IMG/VR virus record: IMGVR_UViG_3300021962_000460
Location: 1-29,457 of that record
Reading direction: 5' to 3' (one strand)
DNA from: a virus
Taxonomy: Duplodnaviria > Caudoviricetes
DNA: 29,457 bases
Under the pieces are notes generated by a model. The model was not told the DNA's origin. It was given only the letters and a program-made list of their open reading frames with translations, and made no database searches. Made by a program: the position numbers and the translations under genes. Of the stretch, positions 1-8,355 are shown piece after piece (position 1 is the first letter of the stretch; each line of letters begins with the position of its first letter).

Positions 1-1
1 T

Positions 2-3000
2 GCGCCTCCAGTAATCTCTCACGCAGCCGCTCTTGCTGAAGCTACTAATAATAAGAATACCGAACTTTTAGCTACCGCAGATGCCAATCTTGTCACAGCC
101 AATGAAACTGCTGCCGCTGCCAATGCTCAAGTTAATATAGCAAATGAGGCACTTGCAGCCGCTGTCGCTCTACGCACCCAGATAGTCCCACAAACGCCAG
201 CACAGGCTACTGTGGCTACTCAAGCAAAGTTCGAGGCTGCTATGCTTGCTGGAGATGTGACGCAGCCAGCGGTCAACCTTGACGCAGACCCTAAGCTGCC
301 AAGGAACCTTGCGAAAGCTAACCCAAGATTCGGATATGGCCCCCTAAACTTCACCCTCGACTTCGAGTCAGACATTGAGCGTGCGTTGTATATCGTTGCT
401 GGCTCAAAGAAAGACTCTGCCCAGCATAAAGCATACCTCAGCTGGGTTATGGACAAGATTGGAGAAACCAATCCAGAGGCTGCCATCGCTGCTGCGAACA
501 GCGTTAAGGCCAAGATAAAGAAAATTGTTTCTAAGAAAACGGATGAATCCAGTCCAGTCCTCATTCCTAAACTTTGGCCGAGAAAGGCTGCCGCGACTGC
601 CCCTGCTGTAGCCCCAATCCCATTTATTAGCACTCCGGCAGTCCCTACCGCCGGAACAGGGGCGAAGGGGAATGTGGCGGCGTTCGACCAAGAGATGTTT
701 CAGGGTCGCGGCGCAACACCGGAAGCGGTTTATGGCGCGGAAGCGGTTTCTCAAGGCAGGGCTGTTCCAATCCTCGGGCCGGGCAGTTACTACGCCTTCT
801 CCAACAACGACGCGAAAGTGTTCGGCACTGTCGCCAAAGTAAAAGTCCAGTTGAAAAACCCGCTGGTGATTGACAGCACCGCAAAGTGGTTCGCCTTGGT
901 GGACGCAGCCGACGCACAGCATTTGAACAGCAGTGGCCGTCTCTTCAACACGGAACCTCAAGGCATCGCTCCAGCAACACTTCGCCTGAAAGCCTACGTT
1001 CAAGCTCAAGGCTATGACGGAATCATCATACGCGGCACGAAGCTCGAACAGAACAAGCGGCTCCGCGAATCTTTCGGGAGTGACCAAGTTGTTTCCTATG
1101 CAGAGATGCAGCCCGCCGCGTCTGCCACGATTAATCTTGAATCAATCGCGGTTAAAGTTGCTGATACAGATCCAAAAGCTGGACGATTAACCGCAGAAGA
1201 AAGCGCAATCCTTGACAGATTAACGGTAGAACAGAAACAGGCTTATCTGGCGAGGGTTAAGGAATTAAGGAATAAACCATCCGAGCAAGCGAAGACGGGT
1301 GAGCTGTCCCAATCCATTCCCGCCACCCCCACCGCCGAGACGGGGGCGGTTAAAAGTGTAACGGCTGATTATTTTTCTGACCCTCAAACATTTTACAGGG
1401 TGGTGCAAGGCGACAAGGCTTTCGCTGATATTGTCGAAACAGGGATAGTTAGGTCAGTTGCAACGTCGGATCTCGCTCTTGATAGACCCGGAAAGATTAA
1501 CCTTAGCGGGCGGCCAACTGCGTGGCCGTCGTTCAGCAAAGGAGAGGCAAAACTTTCCTACTCTAAGGAAGCACCAAATTATTACATCATTACAACGTCA
1601 GGACCATTAAAAACATCACAAACTGGCAGACACTCTCCGGGTAGGACTTTTTTTCCAACCGATGAGTCTGGCAACTTTGTAAATTCACTTGATGGTAGCA
1701 AGGTTGATATTTATAAGCATATTGGGGATGGTAAACACGATCTTGTTTATTCTCGCGGAAAGGTAGTGGAACCACTCCCCACCACTCCCACGACCGCTGC
1801 TGCAACTCCCGCAATGCAGAGTGTGGTAGATGCCAAGAAGACTAAGGAAGAGAAGAAAGCGATTAGTGAGTTAAACAAGAAAATCAACGCTCTCAAAGCT
1901 CAAGTTAAAGCAGCAAATTCCGCCGCTCGGAAAGCTAATGGTAGAGCGGCTAAAGCAGCAAATGAGGCAAGCAAGGCAAGAGCAAGATGGAGCAAGGCAA
2001 GCCCTGCTCCCGCTGCTGCTCCAGTGGTTACTGCCGCTCCTCCAGTCCCGCCCGCACCGCCCGCGCCGCCAGCCGCCACTCCGCCTGCTCCTACTCCTCC
2101 AGTCCCGCCAACTGGAACGAATGTGTTTGATGCGGAGAATCTCAAGGACAGTCCAGTCACCACTTTCGATAAAATAAAGGCGGCTCTAGTCGCAAGATTC
2201 GCACCGCTTGACGCTCTTCAAAGCAAGTTGGCTGAGAAGATTAGCGGTTACAAGATTAAGTTCCGCCTTGCTAGAATGTATGAGGCTGTTGCTGGAAGCC
2301 GGGGCAAAGCTGAAGCTCGATTCACAGAACTGTCCGAGCAGATTAATCCTCTCATCTTGGGTGTTGAGAAGCAGTTTTCTGAGTTGGTCTTCTTCTTCGC
2401 AGCGGGGACTCGTATCGCAAATGGGATAGACACGTTCAACAACGGGCGGAAGATGACCAAGAGTGACGTAGACTCGAACATCGACAAGCTCAGGACTGAC
2501 TTGATTCAGTCTGGGAATTGGGCTGGTGTACGCCAATCTCTGCAAATCTACAAGCAGTCGATGGACTCCATGCTAGATGTGATGCTTGAGTCACAGTTAA
2601 TTACTGAGGCTGAATACAACAAGCTGAAAGTCCCTAATGCCTTCTACGCTCCGTTCATCAAAACTGAAGTCGGGCAACGTGGCGGCAGAGGCGGCACTGC
2701 TGACGGACAAGGTGGCTACTCACCTTTGGCAAGTGCTAAGGGGCAGCAGGATCCTGACGCAAAGCTTAGACCGGCACTTGATGCTGCACTGGAATACTAC
2801 ACAAAGGTTCATTCCAGAGCGGACATCAATACGGCTAACCTGTACCTCTATGAACTAGCTAAACAAGCCAACGCCCCAGAGCTAGCTCGCGTTGATGACA
2901 CGGCTCTGATTCGAGAGGACGCAATTAGCGTTCTGGTTAAGGGTAAACTCAAACAAATCGTAGTTCACAAAGATGTTGCCGCAGCGGTTGCCGCAATCCC

Positions 3001-4723
3001 ACGGTCTGTTAATGCGTTAAGCAACATCACTACAGCTATGGCTGCGCTTGTTCGTTTCGGCGCAACGACAGCATCTATTCCGTTCCAGTTCAGAAACTTC
3101 TTCTTCTCCGACATGCCGAACGCAGCGATTGTGTCTGAGGCGGGTGTTCGCAATCCCGTGGATGCAATCAATTACATCTTCGCAGTGTGGAAAGCGTTCA
3201 AGCTGGCTTATGCCGGCAACATGGGAAGCGGAGCAACTCCAGCAGGATACCTTGCCGCTCAAAAAGCAGGCGTCCTTGGCGGCGGATTGCAGGCATCCTT
3301 CGAGGCAGTAGGCGGTGGTCGTTCCGGTCGGAAAGGCGACATCCTCAACACGATTGGCGATATTGGCCGAGTGATTGAAGAGACAACAAAGCTCGCTGTG
3401 TTCCAGCGGCTCCTCGACAAAGCAGGCGTGAACAACATCTCGCAGATGACGACTGAGGATGCGATGAACCTGATTGCAGAGGTTCGCAACTACGGCGGCT
3501 CACCCGACTTCCTTCGTGGCGGTAGCCTTGTTAAATCCGCAAACCTTACTACGCTTCTCATTTTCGTTCCCGCAACCATTCAAGGTAACGCCTCTACGAT
3601 TGGGCGCATGCTGGACAACGTGAAGTCTGGAGCAACTAAGCATGAGCGAGACACTGCTAGGGCGGCTCTTACTCGCGCTGGCTTATTCGTTGGCACAGCC
3701 ACCCTAGCCGCGTATGCGCTGAATCATCTCACGAAGGATTACGAGGATGACTTCGAGAAGATATCTGCAAGCGAGCGTAGAGACTACTGGATGATTCCAA
3801 CAGACACACTCATCACCAGTGCTACTGGCGAAAAGGTTCGCAAGTATTACCGCATCCAGAAGCGCGGCATCACTAAGATGATGGCATCATCCATTGAAGA
3901 TGCAATGGCCTACGCGAAGGTTACTGACCAGAAGCACTTCAACGAGATGCTGGCTGGTGCGAGTGAGAGCATCCTCCCGTTCAGCGTCAAGGGAGATACG
4001 GCAGAGAAGAAGATGATGAGTGCTGCTGCCTCACTTAATCCGCTACTTAAAGTTTTCGCAGAGTATATGACCGGGAAAGACTTCTACGCTGGTAAACAGA
4101 CTGTTCCACGCTTCATGGAGTTAGCTTCTGTTGACAGACAGTTTGGTGAGCGCACCAACGAGAACATCAAGGTAATGGCTGGATACCTTGGAATGTCTCC
4201 ATTGAAGTTGCGCTTGGCGTTGAGCGGGTTGACTGGCGGGTTGTCTGGGAAGGTTCTCCCCGATAAACCGATTGAGGGCGATGAAAACGGACCTGCGAAT
4301 ATCTTAGGACTTGTTCGCTCTGGATACAAAGAGGATGCAGACAAAGAGTTGATTGAAGAGGCAAGGCAAAGTGCTGCCGATAGGTCTGTTGACCGTCGCC
4401 GTGAAGCAGTTAAGTTCGTGGATCAGCGAGAGGGTGCGAAGTTGAGCGACATTTATCAGGAAGCTGCAAAAAAGTACGGAAGGACACAGCCTGACTTGGT
4501 TCAGAAGATTAAAGAAATCTTAACAGGCAAGTCTAGGGGAGTCACGCGAGAAGATGAGGTTCTGATTCAGCTTCCTCCAGAAGAACGCTCAGGCATCATC
4601 ATGACGCGCTTGAGCAGAATCCCCAAAGACCAACAGTTGGACTATGTTAAAGGCCTTTACCGCAAGGGCGTTGTTACTGATGCTACGCTGGTTCAGTTGC
4701 GCCGACGCGGGATGCCGTTCTAA
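2..4723 (+). CDS. Large polyvalent / internal virion (ejection) protein, 5'-truncated by the window; ART-like modules and an LPD38-like C-terminal region
   Basis: The frame is open from base 2 (APPVISHAALAEATNN...), so GTG 212 is not the true start. Globular modules are separated by Pro/Ala/Thr linkers. GPGSYYA...A..FG...V.LKNPLVID...GYDGIII resembles ART-PolyVal. The C-terminal PATIQG...DYWMIPT...YYRIQK...NPLLK..AE..TGKDFY..KQTVP resembles LPD38-type domains. Confidence 0.8.
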   Translation, partial: APPVISHAAALAEATNNKNTELLATADANLVTANETAAAANAQVNIANEALAAAVALRTQIVPQTPAQATVATQAKFEAAMLAGDVTQPAVNLDADPKLPRNLAKANPRFGYGPLNFTLDFESDIERALYIVAGSKKDSAQHKAYLSWVMDKIGETNPEAAIAAANSVKAKIKKIVSKKTDESSPVLIPKLWPRKAAATAPAVAPIPFISTPAVPTAGTGAKGNVAAFDQEMFQGRGATPEAVYGAEAVSQGRAVPILGPGSYYAFSNNDAKVFGTVAKVKVQLKNPLVIDSTAKWFALVDAADAQHLNSSGRLFNTEPQGIAPATLRLKAYVQAQGYDGIIIRGTKLEQNKRLRESFGSDQVVSYAEMQPAASATINLESIAVKVADTDPKAGRLTAEESAILDRLTVEQKQAYLARVKELRNKPSEQAKTGELSQSIPATPTAETGAVKSVTADYFSDPQTFYRVVQGDKAFADIVETGIVRSVATSDLALDRPGKINLSGRPTAWPSFSKGEAKLSYSKEAPNYYIITTSGPLKTSQTGRHSPGRTFFPTDESGNFVNSLDGSKVDIYKHIGDGKHDLVYSRGKVVEPLPTTPTTAAATPAMQSVVDAKKTKEEKKAISELNKKINALKAQVKAANSAARKANGRAAKAANEASKARARWSKASPAPAAAPVVTAAPPVPPAPPAPPAATPPAPTPPVPPTGTNVFDAENLKDSPVTTFDKIKAALVARFAPLDALQSKLAEKISGYKIKFRLARMYEAVAGSRGKAEARFTELSEQINPLILGVEKQFSELVFFFAAGTRIANGIDTFNNGRKMTKSDVDSNIDKLRTDLIQSGNWAGVRQSLQIYKQSMDSMLDVMLESQLITEAEYNKLKVPNAFYAPFIKTEVGQRGGRGGTADGQGGYSPLASAKGQQDPDAKLRPALDAALEYYTKVHSRADINTANLYLYELAKQANAPELARVDDTALIREDAISVLVKGKLKQIVVHKDVAAAVAAIPRSVNALSNITTAMAALVRFGATTASIPFQFRNFFFSDMPNAAIVSEAGVRNPVDAINYIFAVWKAFKLAYAGNMGSGATPAGYLAAQKAGVLGGGLQASFEAVGGGRSGRKGDILNTIGDIGRVIEETTKLAVFQRLLDKAGVNNISQMTTEDAMNLIAEVRNYGGSPDFLRGGSLVKSANLTTLLIFVPATIQGNASTIGRMLDNVKSGATKHERDTARAALTRAGLFVGTATLAAYALNHLTKDYEDDFEKISASERRDYWMIPTDTLITSATGEKVRKYYRIQKRGITKMMASSIEDAMAYAKVTDQKHFNEMLAGASESILPFSVKGDTAEKKMMSAAASLNPLLKVFAEYMTGKDFYAGKQTVPRFMELASVDRQFGERTNENIKVMAGYLGMSPLKLRLALSGLTGGLSGKVLPDKPIEGDENGPANILGLVRSGYKEDADKELIEEARQSAADRSVDRRREAVKFVDQREGAKLSDIYQEAAKKYGRTQPDLVQKIKEILTGKSRGVTREDEVLIQLPPEERSGIIMTRLSRIPKDQQLDYVKGLYRKGVVTDATLVQLRRRGMPF

Positions 4724-4732
4724 GCTTTGCAG

Positions 4733-4762
4733 TTGACAACTGGCTAAGATAACCAATACTGT
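4733..4762 (+). promoter_or_regulatory. Possible sigma70-type promoter/operator
   Basis: TTGACA (4733-4738), N18, TACTGT. The -35 lies inside the palindrome CAGTTG-A-CAACTG (4730-4742), and GTTGACA/TGTCAAC (4732-4738/4760-4766) form an inverted repeat. Confidence 0.35.
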
Positions 4763-4807
4763 CAACCTCCATAAGCAGTACCGTCAGAAGTAACCCACCA
4801 CAACTGA

Positions 4808-5575
4808 ATGGCTACTTGGAAAAAGTTTGTCGCTGTTGGAGACTCCCACGGAGATTTGGTGTGCAAGTCTGCGCTTGACGCTGCCGTCAAGTTTGTGGCT
4901 CACTACAAGCCTTCCCTATTCGTTCACCTCGGAGACGCCTTCGACTTCCGCGCTCTTCGTCAAGGCATCAAGGCTACTGAGTCGGATGCGTTTGAAGATT
5001 TAGAAGCGGACACACTTGCCGGCTACCAATCTCTTGAGAAGTTATTTAACGCAGCAGGAAGTGCCGAGAAGGTGTACATGTTAGGCAATCATGAACATCG
5101 TCTGTGCCGCACTGCTGAGTCACACCCTCACGGTATTATCCGACAGGCGGCTAGGGATGGCGTTGAAAAGATGGAGAGCTTCTGTGGTCGCCATAAAGCA
5201 AAACTGCTCCCGTACCACATCGAGAAGGGCGTCTTCCGCAGCGGCAAAGTCACCTTCGTCCACGGCTTTACGGCGAACAACCTGAGCGTGAAACAACACG
5301 CAGAGCATTACGCTACCAACGGTGGCGTCTGCATCATGGGCCATCTTCATCGTCTTGAGAGAGCCGCTGCCAACAAACAGGGAGGGGCCGAGGGCTACTC
5401 CGCAGGTTGCCTTGCGAACATAGACGCCATGACATACGCATCGCATCGCCTAGCGACTTCTAGGTGGTCTAACGGCTGGCTGTTCGGAGCAATCAGTTCT
5501 GAGGGTCAACAGATATGGGAAGCAAAACAAATCGGAAACAAGTGGCTGCTGCCGACGGGTGTGGAAGAGATGTGA
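4808..5575 (+). CDS. Calcineurin-like metallophosphoesterase
   Basis: All five motifs in order: GDSHG, LGDAFD, GNHE, HG, GHLH. Confidence 0.9.
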   Translation: MATWKKFVAVGDSHGDLVCKSALDAAVKFVAHYKPSLFVHLGDAFDFRALRQGIKATESDAFEDLEADTLAGYQSLEKLFNAAGSAEKVYMLGNHEHRLCRTAESHPHGIIRQAARDGVEKMESFCGRHKAKLLPYHIEKGVFRSGKVTFVHGFTANNLSVKQHAEHYATNGGVCIMGHLHRLERAAANKQGGAEGYSAGCLANIDAMTYASHRLATSRWSNGWLFGAISSEGQQIWEAKQIGNKWLLPTGVEEM

Positions 5576-5835
5576 AGGAAGCTGCTGCTTGGGCTGCGTT
5601 CTACAAGGACGTTGCTTTGGAGAAGTATAATGCTGCTCCTAAGGGATGGAAGACTGCTTCTGAAATAGCTGTGATGCTTGGCATGTCCAAGAATGGATTA
5701 AGCAACACGATGAAGGTTAAGGAGAGGGAAGGGAAGTTGAAGGGGAAGGTGCGACTTTACAAGATTAAGATTGGATCGTTCGTTAGAAACGTGAAGCACT
5801 ACTATTGTGAGGAAGCGGCGAACCAAAAAGATTAA
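5572..5835 (+). CDS. Hypothetical protein, possible winged-HTH DNA-binding protein
   Basis: GTG start overlaps the upstream TGA (GTGA). PKGWKTASEIAVMLGMSKNGLSNTMK has an HTH-like pattern; the protein is basic. Confidence 0.6.
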   Translation: MKEAAAWAAFYKDVALEKYNAAPKGWKTASEIAVMLGMSKNGLSNTMKVKEREGKLKGKVRLYKIKIGSFVRNVKHYYCEEAANQKD

Positions 5836-6076
5836 GGTACGATTCCGCAAGCTCGGAAGAGAACGCGCTATGGGTCAGGCTTGGGCGGATGGAGTGGTTG
5901 AGATTGATCCGAGGCAAGGACAGAAGGCGATACTGAATACGCTCATCCACGAACTGCTTCACATCTGTGAACCGGAGTGGACTGAGAGTCACGTCAACCG
6001 AGTGGCTAACACATTAGCTAGCTACGTCTGGCTTGCTAGGTTCAGACGTATCGAGACAGGGTTCAAGCGGAAGTAG
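5807..6076 (+). CDS. Small zincin-like (HExxH) protein
   Basis: G...GVVEID...LNTLIHELLH...EW.E pattern of minimal phage metallopeptidase-like proteins. Confidence 0.7.
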   Translation: MRKRRTKKIKVRFRKLGRERAMGQAWADGVVEIDPRQGQKAILNTLIHELLHICEPEWTESHVNRVANTLASYVWLARFRRIETGFKRK

Positions 6077-6254
6077 GCTTCTTCACTGTCCTTCGGCGGA
6101 GAATAGATTTAATTAGATTTGTCTCTTTTGTATTAATCCTCTTGCCATTCTCAATGGCGAAGTGCTCCTCTAGTATGGATATCGCATCCAACATAGCTAA
6201 ATGACGAACTAAAGTGCTGTGGATTACTTTTAATTCTGCTTTGGTGAATTTCAT
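6063..6254 (-). CDS. Hypothetical protein (AT-rich, flanked by a direct repeat)
   Basis: ATG 6254 overlaps the stop of 6251..6451 (ATGA). Sequence starts MKFTKAELKVIHSTL. Confidence 0.6.
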   Translation of the reverse strand: MKFTKAELKVIHSTLVRHLAMLDAISILEEHFAIENGKRINTKETNLIKSILRRRTVKKPTSA

Positions 6255-6276
6255 ATAGTAGGCTTCTTCACTCTCC
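6072..6276. repeat. Direct repeat pair AGTAGGCTTCTTCACT(G/C)TCC at 6072-6091 and 6257-6276
   Basis: 16 bp identical, 19 of 20 overall; read directly. Confidence 0.85.
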
Positions 6277-6451
6277 ACTTCGCCATCCTCTTAGCCGCCT
6301 CCTCGTCACACTGTTTGGCTAGCTTAGGAGCGTCACGCCTTAGCGCAATGGCGCAAGACTCTAGCTCGGACGAAGAGGCGGACGGGTCATGCAACATCTT
6401 GACCGCGCACAACTGCCAAGTCTTGAGGATGACTTTATCTGCTTGGTTCAT
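6251..6451 (-). CDS. Hypothetical protein
   Basis: 66-aa ORF with ATGA overlaps at both ends. Confidence 0.65.
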   Translation of the reverse strand: MNQADKVILKTWQLCAVKMLHDPSASSSELESCAIALRRDAPKLAKQCDEEAAKRMAKWRVKKPTI

Positions 6452-6822
6452 ACCACTTCTATTTCTGTGCGCTCTTCTTTGCGCGTGGCGACTTGGACTT
6501 GACGCTCGGTAATAACGATGTGTTTGGTAGTGTCGTCTTCGATGATGCCATTGTATCGGAGTCCGTCGATGTGATACTTGATGCAGAGGTTGTCTTGGTC
6601 GAGGAGCCGGACGCGATAGCTAGTGACTGTGACACGGCGGCGTGTATCTCGTCCCTCAACTTCTTCCTCTGCCAATGCCCCATCGAGAACAGTCGGTTGA
6701 GGCTTGGGATCGGTGGGCCGTAAACTACTAGCTTCGTGGGTTTGGAATCCGCGCCAGTATGCTCGAACTGCTTTGGCTTGTCTTTCTTCATACGCTCTCA
6801 GCCATTCCTTTGTGTAGTTCAT
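6448..6822 (-). CDS. rusA: RusA-like Holliday junction resolvase, catalytic (C-terminal) half
   Basis: RVTVTSYRVRLLDQDNLCIKYHIDGLRYNGIIEDD matches the RusA DxDN..K...D.L...G...DD pattern. AAGGA lies 4 nt before ATG 6822, and the stop is coupled to the next gene by ATGA. Confidence 0.75.
   Translation of the reverse strand: MNYTKEWLRAYEERQAKAVRAYWRGFQTHEASSLRPTDPKPQPTVLDGALAEEEVEGRDTRRRVTVTSYRVRLLDQDNLCIKYHIDGLRYNGIIEDDTTKHIVITERQVQVATRKEERTEIEVV
6459..6791 (-). CDS. Overlapping-frame ORF carrying RusA-like N-terminal motif
   Basis: ATG coupled (ATGA) to the stop of 6788..7162. LVVYGPPIPSLNRLFSMGHWQRKKLRDEIHAAV resembles the RusA N-terminal strand, PSxN motif and helix 1. Confidence 0.6.
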   Translation of the reverse strand: MKKDKPKQFEHTGADSKPTKLVVYGPPIPSLNRLFSMGHWQRKKLRDEIHAAVSQSLAIASGSSTKTTSASSITSTDSDTMASSKTTLPNTSLLPSVKSKSPRAKKSAQK

Positions 6823-7162
6823 GATATCCTTTGAGTCCGATTTCGTTGGCGATAAGTGTGAACCGAGAATGGAACGCTCTGTTGCCAGTCCTCAAGTCAT
6901 CTCTTACACAGTTAATCCCGTGGAATATTGAGCCGTGAGTGTATCCGGTCAACCTTCCAATTTGAGACAGCCCCATGTTGTGAACCCTCTGAAGGATGTG
7001 CCAGTAGCAGAACCTTGCAGACGCCATAGGCTCAAGCCTTCTTCGAGAGAAGAACTCTTCTTTGGTGATGTGGAATGCGCTGCACACGGCGAGGATGACA
7101 CTTTCAAACTCCTTGTTCCGTTCGAGTATTAGCGCGTGTTTCTTGTGTGAGTTGGTTTTCAT
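6788..7162 (-). CDS. DnaA C-terminal (domain IV)-like HTH protein
   Basis: VCSAFHITKEEFFSRRR...ASARF...L...GLSQIGR...THGSIFHG follows the Bac_DnaA_C pattern. Confidence 0.8.
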   Translation of the reverse strand: MKTNSHKKHALILERNKEFESVILAVCSAFHITKEEFFSRRRLEPMASARFCYWHILQRVHNMGLSQIGRLTGYTHGSIFHGINCVRDDLRTGNRAFHSRFTLIANEIGLKGYHELHKGMAESV

Positions 7163-7171
7163 TTTGTAGTT

Positions 7172-7201
7172 GGGAGCCAGCGGGATTACCCGCCAGCCCC
7201 C
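7172..7201 (-). terminator. Strong hairpin after putative SSB gene (no U tract)
   Basis: Minus strand GGGGGCTGGCGGG-TAAT-CCCGCTGGCTCCC gives a 13-bp stem with 3 G-U pairs that form only on the minus (coding) strand. Confidence 0.5.
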
Positions 7202-7207
7202 AGTTAG

Positions 7208-7546
7208 TTAGAACGGGATGTTCTGTCCATCATCCTTCTTGCCGCCAGTGATAGCACTAAGCTCCTTCATCAGTGAACCGACAGTGGCTTCGGGTGTCAC
7301 CACCTGCCCACTCCCCTCACGCGGAGGCAGTGGCTCGCTCAAGCTAAGGCTTAGATACTGGGTGTTGCCTTTGCTCGTCTTGTTCCAAGCGGCAATGCGC
7401 CACTTCTTACCGTTGATGGTCACGTCCCCGGTCATGTCGGGGGCAGTGTCCTTTGACTTGTTGCGGTTGATGAAGAGTGAGCCGGTCATATCCTTCTGGA
7501 CATACTCGCGCTTACCTTCGGGATGGTTGTGTTCGATTTGGGGCAT
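7208..7546 (-). CDS. Putative single-stranded DNA-binding protein (DUF736-like)
   Basis: GSLFIN..K....PD.TG......K.WRIAAW.KTSK...YLSLS and an SSB-like C-terminal DDGQNIPF tail; located in the recombination module. Confidence 0.7.
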   Translation of the reverse strand: MPQIEHNHPEGKREYVQKDMTGSLFINRNKSKDTAPDMTGDVTINGKKWRIAAWNKTSKGNTQYLSLSLSEPLPPREGSGQVVTPEATVGSLMKELSAITGGKKDDGQNIPF

Positions 7547-7558
7547 ACGTTTTGTTTC

Positions 7559-7702
7559 CTATTCTTCGTTGTTTACTATGACATTCCAAAGCCACACGAA
7601 GGGGAGGCAAGGAATGGTTACGATTACCAACAGGGTTGAAAGGAACGCAGCACACGTTAGGTGTATCGCGTCTTTGATGGGTGTCTGTTCGTTAGGCTTC
7701 AT
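7559..7702 (-). CDS. Small membrane protein (47 aa, not in ORF track)
   Basis: MKPNEQTPIKDAIHLTCAAFLSTLLVIVTIPCLPFVWLWNVIVNNEE fills the gap between neighbours and has one hydrophobic segment. Confidence 0.55.
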   Translation of the reverse strand: MKPNEQTPIKDAIHLTCAAFLSTLLVIVTIPCLPFVWLWNVIVNNEE

Positions 7703-7922
7703 TGAGCGTCTTCTTCTTTAGGTTGAAGAACAGTCCACGGAAGTGCTTCACCGCGCAGTGGTCGCACATTCCCACTTCCGCCTCATCGCCCTTCAGGTCT
7801 TCGAGGCAGTGTTCGCAAGCGTCCGGCTCCACCCCGCTGAACGCCCAGTCAGCAACGAAGCGAGTACTGGAATCTACATGATGATGTTCTGTTCCCGGCG
7901 GCAGTGTTCCGTCCTTGCTCAT
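7692..7922 (-). CDS. Small Zn-finger protein
   Basis: CEHC...CDHC; ATGA-coupled start. Confidence 0.65.
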   Translation of the reverse strand: MSKDGTLPPGTEHHHVDSSTRFVADWAFSGVEPDACEHCLEDLKGDEAEVGMCDHCAVKHFRGLFFNLKKKTLNEA

Positions 7923-8119
7923 ACAACCTCCTTGCTTTGTGGTTTGCGATTATAGAATACGACCAGCTTCGCGTATTCATCCCATAGTTCCGGCCAACAC
8001 CCCTTGATTCGTTTGAGGTTGTCTTTGTCAGCGCGCATAGCTGCTTTGGCTAACGCATTGGCAAAGCCGCCTCCATACTTCAACATCGCCTCAACTATTT
8101 TAATATCTTCGATGCTCAT
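7919..8119 (-). CDS. Conserved phage hypothetical protein
   Basis: M.KYGGGF..ALA.A...AD..N..RI...WPE.W..Y motif recognised from other phage small proteins; ATGA-coupled. Confidence 0.75.
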   Translation of the reverse strand: MSIEDIKIVEAMLKYGGGFANALAKAAMRADKDNLKRIKGCWPELWDEYAKLVVFYNRKPQSKEVV

Positions 8120-8355
8120 ATGTTCTCCAGTTTGTAGTAGCTATGGACAACGCCATTAACTCGCAGACTCTTCTGCGTTATCCCATGCCCACGCTTCCGC
8201 AGATCAGCTATGCGCGAGTGAACTGCCATAGCACCCGACACGCGCCAGAGGCTTATCATCGACACCCATCTCCCAGTCTCTCCGAGCAGTGTTCTGAGTA
8301 TCCTGTTGCACTGCGATTGCCCGTCTCCCCTTGATTTGTATTCTGTTTGTTTCAT
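8116..8355 (-). CDS. Winged helix-turn-helix protein
   Basis: SQCNRIL..L...HSRIADLRKRGHGI...Y.L pattern. Confidence 0.75.
   Translation of the reverse strand: MKQTEYKSRGDGQSQCNRILRTLLGETGRWVSMISLWRVSGAMAVHSRIADLRKRGHGITQKSLRVNGVVHSYYKLENI

Noticed and set aside
7266-7276. Second CTGATGA (minus strand) as another hammerhead core
   Set aside because: Lies within the SSB coding region, and I could not find the flanking stems and GAAA box.
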